Made by a program: the position numbers and the translations under genes | The notes under the pieces: model-generated | What the model saw: the letters and a program-made list of their open reading frames with translations, nothing else | Databases searched by the model: none | Told to the model about the DNA's origin: nothing | Assembly: GCA_049322915.1 (NCBI GenBank) | Contig: JBMOPW010000014.1 | Coordinates: forward strand, 1,028,224 to 1,092,223 | Direction of reading: 5' to 3' | Length of the DNA stretch: 64,000 bases | From: Candidatus Zhuqueibacterota bacterium | Lineage (GTDB): Bacteria; Zhuqueibacterota; Zhuqueibacteria; Thermofontimicrobiales; Thermofontimicrobiaceae | In this document: positions 57,690 through 64,000 of the stretch, in pieces | Numbering within the stretch: position 1 is the first letter of the stretch | How the letters are laid out: each line of letters begins with the position of its first letter

Positions 57690-58664
57690 GTGGAACTGCG
57701 CGGCATGAGGAAAATACCGCATATCCCTTTCTTGATTATGTGGCTGGCGACCTCCCTCGCCGGACAGCCGGATTCGACGCGCGCGCGCGCATCGGAATTT
57801 GCCGCCGGAATGAGCTTGGCCGTCGGGACAGATTATATTCTCGGCCCGGGCGATGTGCTGGCGATTCAGGTCTACTGGGGGAATACGCTCACGCAGAACA
57901 CCAGTCAAACGCATGAGGTCGAGGTACAGCCGGCCGGAGAGATCATCCTGCCCGGATTGGGTGAGGTGTTCATCTCAGGGATGACAATAGTGGAAGCGAA
58001 GTACAAGCTGCTGCGGCAATACAAAGACATCATTCGCGACCCGCGGCTGGTGATAAAAGTCCTCCGCTATGTCAGCCACACGGTGACGGTCTTCGGCGCG
58101 GCGCGCAACGGCGTGTATCCTCTGAAAAGAAATACGCGCATTGCGGAATTGCTGTCCGCCATCGGAGGTCTGGAAAATACATCGGATATGTCGGCCATAC
58201 GCGTCAGTCGAAAAAACGGCGTTATGATTCACGTGAATCTGATGAAGCTGATCGAGAGCAATGATCTGTCACAGAATATCATCTTGCAGCAGGACGATTT
58301 GATTTTGGTCCCCGGCGTGAATGCAAACAAGGTGGTTGTTCTGGGTGAGGTGAATTCGCCGGGCGTGGTGCCTTTGAACGGCAAGCTCACGCTGGTTGAG
58401 GCCGTCGTGAAATCCGGGGGCGTCACGCAGCAGGCGAAATTGAGCCACATTCAGCTCATTCGTTTTGGCGCAAACGACAAGAAAACCTATACCGTGGATT
58501 TATTGGATCTGGTGAAGAAGAAAAAAGCGACTACAGTGCAACTGGAAGCCGGCGACATTGTGTATGTGCCCGGCAAACGTCAGGTGCTGGATGGGATTAA
58601 TACCGTTCTGCGCACCTTGCTGCCGTCGCTCCAGACAGTCCTGTTAGTGAAAACGGTGATGTAA
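57690..58664 (+). CDS. Polysaccharide export protein (Wza/OPX family, Poly_export plus SLBB domains)
   Basis: DYILGPGDVLAI, GEIILPGLG, GEVNSPG, LEAGDIVYVP. Confidence 0.9.
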   Translation: MELRGMRKIPHIPFLIMWLATSLAGQPDSTRARASEFAAGMSLAVGTDYILGPGDVLAIQVYWGNTLTQNTSQTHEVEVQPAGEIILPGLGEVFISGMTIVEAKYKLLRQYKDIIRDPRLVIKVLRYVSHTVTVFGAARNGVYPLKRNTRIAELLSAIGGLENTSDMSAIRVSRKNGVMIHVNLMKLIESNDLSQNIILQQDDLILVPGVNANKVVVLGEVNSPGVVPLNGKLTLVEAVVKSGGVTQQAKLSHIQLIRFGANDKKTYTVDLLDLVKKKKATTVQLEAGDIVYVPGKRQVLDGINTVLRTLLPSLQTVLLVKTVM

Positions 58665-60937
58665 TGACTCAGTATGAATTGAATATCCGGGATTTCTGGC
58701 GCGTCATTCGAAAGCGCAAGTATTTCATCGCAGGGGTCGTGGCGACGATTGCGGTGGTGAGCGCAGTCTACAGCGTTTTGAACCGGCCTCAGCCGATTTT
58801 CGAATCAGTGGCGAGCGTCAAGATCGAGCGGACTAATACGCTGACCGGCGTTTATTTGCAGGCCGTCACCTACAATCCGGAGGACAACATTGCCACCCAG
58901 GCCGAGGTCATCCGCAGTTTCCCGGTGCTTCAAAAAGTGTCGCAGGAGTTGGGCTATGTCGATTCCAGCGCGACGTTCGACCATGTGCTGAGCGATGACG
59001 CCGCTGTGAGCGCGATTCTCGATTTGATGAGCAAAGTGAGCACCAGCCAGGAGGGACTGACCAATATCATCAATATCATCGTCCAATCCGCCGATGCAGA
59101 GGAAACCCAAAAAATTGCCAACACCATCGCCAGGGTCTATATCGCGGAAAACAGCCGGGAGAAAAACCAGCGAATCGTCAATGCGCTGGACTTCATCCGA
59201 AAACAGCTCCAGGTCATCGGCGAACGATTGAACACGGCGGAGGAGGATGTTCGTCAATATCGGGAGCAGGAAAAGCTCATCACGCTCGAGACAAAAACCA
59301 GTATGGTGTCGCGGGAATTGGAGATGACCGAGGATGAATACTTCCAGGTGAAACGCAGACGCCAGGAGATTGAATCCATCCTGAGCAACCTGTCCGCTGA
59401 GAAGGGGGAATTCATTCGAAACAGATTCATCGGACTTGATGGGCAGAATCAGTCGCCGACCTTCTCTCTGCTGGCCAATCGGCTCGCCGACCTGTTTTTG
59501 CAGCGCGATGAACTTCTGATTCATTTCAAAGAAAATCACCCGGACATCCAGCAGTTGGACAAAAAGATTGAGGAGATTTTCAAAAACATCCGCCGGGAGC
59601 TGACTGCCCAGTACGAATCCCTGGTTCGGTCGGAAAAAATTCTCGAAGCCGAAGTGGAAAAATCGCGCGCCGCCTACAAAACATTGCCGCGCGATGGTCT
59701 GGAACTGGCGCGGCTTCAGCGCCGCGTGATGCTGAATGAAGAAATTTACACCCTGCTGGAATCGAAACATCAGGAAGCGCTGTTGCAAAATTCAGAAAAA
59801 ATTCAGGAAGCAGCCCTGGTGAAACCGGCGCTGCGCGGTTATCGGGTGAATCCGCCGGCCTCGGTGTGGACGACATGTTTCATCGGCGGGCTGGTGGGAC
59901 TGATTCTCGGACTGCTGGGCGCGTTCATCCTCGAATCCATCGATACTTCGTTCGAGACGATTGAGGAAGTGGAGCGCTCGCTGAACATGGCGGTCGTGGG
60001 AATCATCCCCTATTACGACAGCCAGATTCTGAAGGAACGGCTTCGCTCGGAAATCAAATTGAATCTTTCGGAGCAGTCGCTCAATATCGGCGCCCGGCTG
60101 ATTTCTTTCTTCGCGCCCAAATCCACGCTGGCGGAGAGCTATCGCGCCTTGCGCACCAATATTCATTATCTGTTCAAGAAGAACGGGATGCACTCGCTGC
60201 TGGTTACGAGCGCCACTGTGGGCGAGGGAAAAACAACCACCTGCGCCAACCTGGCCATTACCATGTCCCAGATCGGACTCAAAACGCTGCTGGTCGATTG
60301 CGACCTGAGGCGGCCATTCATCCATAAAATGTTCGGCATCGAGCGGGAGCCGGGGCTGAGCAATATCCTCATCAACACTGCGCAATGGGAGGATTGCATT
60401 CAGACGATCACCGATATCATGATGGGCGAATTGAATCTGGATGAAGTGCTGCTGGCGCCGGGCATGGAGAACCTCAATATTCTCACTGCCGGAACCGCTC
60501 CGTCGACGCCGTCCGAGTTGATAAATTCCGCCTATATGCCGGAGCTGCTGACGATACTCAAATCCCATTACGATGTGGTCATCATCGATTCCTCCCCGGT
60601 CCTGCCGGCGGCGGACGCCACCATTCTGGCGTCGCGGGTGGACGGCGTGCTGCTGGTTTACCAGGTGGGCAGGACGGCGCGCGGCGCATTGCGCCGGACA
60701 AAAATCCAATTGGAAAATGTCAACGCCAACATGATGGGGATTGTCATCAATAATTTCAAAGTCGAATTGAACCCGGATTATAAGGATTTTAATTATCACA
60801 AATACTACAGCTACGGCGCCGAAACGCCGGACGCAACGTCGGGCGACGAGCGCTCCAACTGGCAGTTCACTTCGATCAAGGACGCGGTTCAGAAGACCAG
60901 GGATGAGATAAAAACCAGGATAAAGGTTGTCAAATGA
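58664..60937 (+). CDS. Polysaccharide co-polymerase / BY-kinase (Wzc family)
   Basis: Two TM helices around a coiled-coil region, ESYRALRTN, GEGKTT, DCDLRRP, IIDSSP and a C-terminal Tyr cluster DYKDFNYHKYYSY. Confidence 0.93.
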   Translation: MTQYELNIRDFWRVIRKRKYFIAGVVATIAVVSAVYSVLNRPQPIFESVASVKIERTNTLTGVYLQAVTYNPEDNIATQAEVIRSFPVLQKVSQELGYVDSSATFDHVLSDDAAVSAILDLMSKVSTSQEGLTNIINIIVQSADAEETQKIANTIARVYIAENSREKNQRIVNALDFIRKQLQVIGERLNTAEEDVRQYREQEKLITLETKTSMVSRELEMTEDEYFQVKRRRQEIESILSNLSAEKGEFIRNRFIGLDGQNQSPTFSLLANRLADLFLQRDELLIHFKENHPDIQQLDKKIEEIFKNIRRELTAQYESLVRSEKILEAEVEKSRAAYKTLPRDGLELARLQRRVMLNEEIYTLLESKHQEALLQNSEKIQEAALVKPALRGYRVNPPASVWTTCFIGGLVGLILGLLGAFILESIDTSFETIEEVERSLNMAVVGIIPYYDSQILKERLRSEIKLNLSEQSLNIGARLISFFAPKSTLAESYRALRTNIHYLFKKNGMHSLLVTSATVGEGKTTTCANLAITMSQIGLKTLLVDCDLRRPFIHKMFGIEREPGLSNILINTAQWEDCIQTITDIMMGELNLDEVLLAPGMENLNILTAGTAPSTPSELINSAYMPELLTILKSHYDVVIIDSSPVLPAADATILASRVDGVLLVYQVGRTARGALRRTKIQLENVNANMMGIVINNFKVELNPDYKDFNYHKYYSYGAETPDATSGDERSNWQFTSIKDAVQKTRDEIKTRIKVVK

Positions 60938-62385
60938 ATGGATTCGGTCTGAAACTTCCACTGCCCCGGCCGTTGATCCGGCCATTTCTTCTGCCGGGTC
61001 TGCTGGCTCTGGTTTTAATCCTCGTGGCGTTCCTCGTGATCAATCTGCCGGTCCCCATGGCGCTGGGGATATCGGTGGTCATCGTTGTGTTCGCTGTCAG
61101 TTTTTTCAAGATTAAAATTGCGCTGGCCGTATTGATTTTTTCCATGTTGCTCTCCCCTGAAATTGGCGTGCGCGAGACAGGCGGCGGCGGGACCACCATT
61201 CGCATCGATGACTTTTTGATTTTCATCATCAGCGTCGCCTGGCTGATGAAAATGGCTGTCACCAAAGAGTTCGGGACGCTCGTGCGTTCCAGCCTGTCGC
61301 TGCCGATTCTGCTTTACGTTGCAACGTGCGCCGTGGCGACCGCCGTTGGCATCGCCGCCGGTCGGGTGGAGGCCAAAACAGGCGTGCTCTTTGTGATCAA
61401 ATACGCCGAATATTTTTTGATCTATTTCATTGTAATGAATCACATGCGGGAGCGGAAGCTGGCGGAATTGTATCTCACGTTGGTCTTTGCCACCTGCGCG
61501 CTGGTCTGTTGTTTCGCGCTGTACCAGGTGCCTGCTGATGGCCGGGTGACCGCGCCGTTCGAAGGCGCCAGCGGCGAGCCAAACACGCTGGGCGGATATC
61601 TGGTGCTTATCTTCTCGATGATGATGGGCATTTTTTTAACGGCGCCGTTCAGTCGAACCATGCGATGGGTTTACGGATCCGTCCTGGCGTTGATTTTTTT
61701 TGTGCTGCTGGCCACGCAGTCCCGCGGTTCCTGGCTGGCCTTTGCCGCCATGTACCTCGCGTTTGTGGTCTTTCACAAAGGCCGGTTCGCGCTGACGCTG
61801 GTCATGGTCATTGCGTTGCTATTCGGTCCTCTTGTTCTGCCGAATTCGGTCAAAGACCGGTTCCGCTACACGTTCAAAAAAGAGTCCGGCTGGGCGGCGC
61901 GCTATCAGGAAAATGTGGCCGGACTGACGCTGGATACGTCAGCTTCGGCGCGCGTACGGGACTGGAAGGAAGCCTGGCAACAGTTCAAGTCCAGACCGGT
62001 GTTGGGCGACGGCGTCACCGGCTGGAAATTTGTGGATTCCCAGTACATCCGAACCCTGGTGGAAACCGGGATCGTCGGCCTGGCAGCGTTCCTCTTTTTG
62101 ATTGGCGCATTGATTCGTCAGACCTATTTGCGATTCAGGGCTGCCCGGGATAAGGTATTTCGCGGGGTATGTCTGGGATTTCTGGCAGGCACAATCGGCC
62201 TGCTTGTTCATGGATTGAGCGCTAATTCATTTATCATCCTGCGCATCATGGAGCCGTTCTGGTTCCTTGCCGGGATTGTGATGGTATCGGACACGTATTC
62301 AGAAAAAGAAAACCTGGAACAGCATGACGATGAGACGACGGGAAGATTTTCTGGTGTTCGGGAGTCCCCGAATCGAGGAAGATGA
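60934..62385 (+). CDS. O-antigen ligase / Wzy polymerase-family membrane protein
   Basis: About 12 TM helices; RVTAPF...PNTLG, TQSRG, R..W...P.LG.G and ETGIVG. Confidence 0.85.
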   Translation: MNGFGLKLPLPRPLIRPFLLPGLLALVLILVAFLVINLPVPMALGISVVIVVFAVSFFKIKIALAVLIFSMLLSPEIGVRETGGGGTTIRIDDFLIFIISVAWLMKMAVTKEFGTLVRSSLSLPILLYVATCAVATAVGIAAGRVEAKTGVLFVIKYAEYFLIYFIVMNHMRERKLAELYLTLVFATCALVCCFALYQVPADGRVTAPFEGASGEPNTLGGYLVLIFSMMMGIFLTAPFSRTMRWVYGSVLALIFFVLLATQSRGSWLAFAAMYLAFVVFHKGRFALTLVMVIALLFGPLVLPNSVKDRFRYTFKKESGWAARYQENVAGLTLDTSASARVRDWKEAWQQFKSRPVLGDGVTGWKFVDSQYIRTLVETGIVGLAAFLFLIGALIRQTYLRFRAARDKVFRGVCLGFLAGTIGLLVHGLSANSFIILRIMEPFWFLAGIVMVSDTYSEKENLEQHDDETTGRFSGVRESPNRGR

Positions 62386-63571
62386 GATTGCGGAAGTGGC
62401 GGACTGCCTGCGTTCCGGCTGGATCAGCACCGGGCCGCGCGTTGCCCGGTTCGAAAAAATGTTTGCCGAATACATCGGTGCTGGGCATGCGATTGCCCTG
62501 AATTCCTGCACTGCCGGACTGCATCTGGCGTTGAAAGTGGCCGGCATTGGCCCGGACGATGAAGTGATTTCCACGCCGATGACCTTTGGCGCCACAGCCA
62601 ACGTGATAGTGAACCTGGGAGCGATTCCGGTGTTTGTCGATGTCAAGCGCGAAACGCAGAATATCGACCCGGCAAAGATCGGGCGAAAAATCACCTCCCG
62701 AACGCGCGCCATTGTGCCTGTTCACATGGCTGGCCGTCCCTGCGACATGGATGAAATTTCAGCGCTTGCGAAGAAGCATCAACTGGTCGTCATCGAAGAC
62801 GCGGCCCATGCGCTGGAGAGCCGCTACAGGGGGAAAAAGATCGGGGCCATCGGAGACCTCACGGCGTTCAGCTTTTACGTCACGAAAAATTTGACCACAA
62901 GTGAAGGCGGCATGGTGACCACGCAGAACGAGGAATGGGCGAACCGCATCAACATGCTTCGTCTGCACGGCCTGAGCAGGGGCGCCTGGAAACGGTACAG
63001 TTCCGAAAAATTTATGCATTATCAGGTGCTGGAGCCGGGATTCAAATACAACATGATGGATATGCAGGCGGCCATTGGCATCCGGCAAATGCCTAAAATT
63101 GAAACGTATCTGAGACGCAGAAATCAAATCTGGGCTATGTACGATGCGGCTTTTCGGGATTTACCGGTCCGACTTCCGGCGGCAGTGGCCGAGGGCGATG
63201 TCCATGCCCGTCATTTGTACACGCTGTTACTGGATGTGGACAGGCTCAATTGCAGTCGCGATGAATTTCAGCAGGCATTGTACGAGTTAAATATTGGCAC
63301 CGGCATTCATTTCATTTCGTTGCATCTTCACCCGTACTACAGAAATCGATTTGGTTTTGCGCATGATGATTTTCCGGAGGCGGCATACATTTCGGAGCGA
63401 ACCATATCACTGCCGCTGTCGGCAAAGCTGACGGATGTGGATGTGTACGATGTGATTCAGGCTGTCACGCACACGCTGAAGAAATTCTGGAAAAAGGAAT
63501 GGTCGCCTTCCGGGTTCGCAAATAATAAAGAAGCGGCGGTGGAAAGCCCTGAAAAGGCGCTGACGCGTTAA
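62324..63571 (+). CDS. DegT/DnrJ/ArnB family sugar aminotransferase
   Basis: WISTGP, NSCTAGLHL, IEDAAHA, FSFYVTKNLTTSEGG, PGFKYNM, SLPL. Confidence 0.93.
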   Translation: MTMRRREDFLVFGSPRIEEDEIAEVADCLRSGWISTGPRVARFEKMFAEYIGAGHAIALNSCTAGLHLALKVAGIGPDDEVISTPMTFGATANVIVNLGAIPVFVDVKRETQNIDPAKIGRKITSRTRAIVPVHMAGRPCDMDEISALAKKHQLVVIEDAAHALESRYRGKKIGAIGDLTAFSFYVTKNLTTSEGGMVTTQNEEWANRINMLRLHGLSRGAWKRYSSEKFMHYQVLEPGFKYNMMDMQAAIGIRQMPKIETYLRRRNQIWAMYDAAFRDLPVRLPAAVAEGDVHARHLYTLLLDVDRLNCSRDEFQQALYELNIGTGIHFISLHLHPYYRNRFGFAHDDFPEAAYISERTISLPLSAKLTDVDVYDVIQAVTHTLKKFWKKEWSPSGFANNKEAAVESPEKALTR

Positions 63572-63704
63572 CCAGGGTTTTCGGAATTGAAGAGAAGGCG
63601 TCGCGGTTGGCGTGTATCGGACCGATGCCCTGAACTCGGTCATTCAATCCCGGGCCGGTGCTTCTTCAACTGAAACGTAACCGATCACAGGGTGGTTAAG
63701 ACTG

Positions 63705-63789
63705 ACAGGATAACAGGATGTTTGGGATAGACAGGATTAATTAACTTTAGCTCTTTATCATGTTAATCAAAACATAATCGTGTAAATCA
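63705..63789. repeat. Short ACAGGAT-type repeats upstream of the GxxExxY gene
   Basis: GACAGGATAACAGGATG...GACAGGATT followed by degenerate complements ATCATGTTAATC and AATCGTGTAAATC. Confidence 0.5.
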
Positions 63790-63803
63790 CAGGAGGCTGC
63801 GTA

Positions 63804-64000
63804 ATGGAACTTGCAAGCTTGACTGAAAAAATTATTGGCTGTGCTTACAAAGTATATAACATGTTAGGATTTTGTTTTTTGGAGTCTGTTTACCCCGTGT
63901 AATAAAACAAATAGAAATTAATAGCAAGAGAAACAATAGCATATTACACGGGGTGAATGAAAATGCCCTGACAATTGAATTAAAAACAATGGGATTTGCT
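63804..64000 (+). pseudogene. GxxExxY-family protein gene interrupted by an insertion; runs off the window edge
   Basis: AGGAGG RBS; MELASLTEKIIGCAYKVYNMLGFCFLESV, then a stop inside the insert. Removing 63892-63956 restores ...ESVYENALTIELKTMGFA. Confidence 0.8.
63892..63956. mobile_element. 65-bp miniature inverted-repeat element
   Basis: Perfect 13-bp inverted repeats ACCCCGTGTAATA (63892-63904) and TATTACACGGGGT (63942-63954) around an A-rich spacer. Confidence 0.8.

Noticed and set aside
58805..60985. 327-aa and 397-aa minus-strand ORFs
   Set aside because: Antisense shadows of wzc.

Overview
64 kb of bacterial chromosome. The TonB receptor / large 'PNP-tail' secreted protein / PorV-like triad, the sigma54 regulators and the lipid A gene suggest an FCB-group diderm such as KSB1 or Calditrichota (inference only). 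1-16 kb is mostly housekeeping (lpxK, phosphomannomutase, prmC-prfA-DUF1385-rpmE-rho, MalK-type ATPase, folC). It also holds a sigma54-promoted operon with a divergent sigma-factor-like protein, a zinc-finger anti-sigma-like protein and a HEAT-repeat protein. 16.7-26 kb is a sigma54-promoted outer-membrane operon with a divergent NtrC-type activator. 26-39.4 kb (minus strand) is a surface-glycan tailoring cluster: WecA-like protein, two DegT aminotransferases, PIG-L, WbqC, PHP protein, radical SAM enzyme, methyltransferase and four glycosyltransferases. 40-50 kb holds a 13-PAS hybrid kinase, mutY, an apparently non-cleavable LexA homolog and a DnaQ-like exonuclease, separated by nested small repeats. 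The most notable system is 51-63.6 kb. There an ExeA-ATPase/HD-GYP fusion precedes a compact RiPP-like cassette: nucleotidyltransferase, HPr-kinase-like protein, PqqD/RRE, radical SAM-SPASM enzyme and an 81-aa precursor with a WxxP leader, five regularly spaced Cys and a C-terminal Ser. The cassette runs directly into a Wza-Wzc-Wzy/WaaL-DegT polysaccharide export operon, with no peptidase or peptide transporter in view. The window ends in a GxxExxY gene broken by a 65-bp inverted-repeat insertion. No rRNA, tRNA, CRISPR array or intact transposase was recognised. All family calls come from motif recognition, not database searches.
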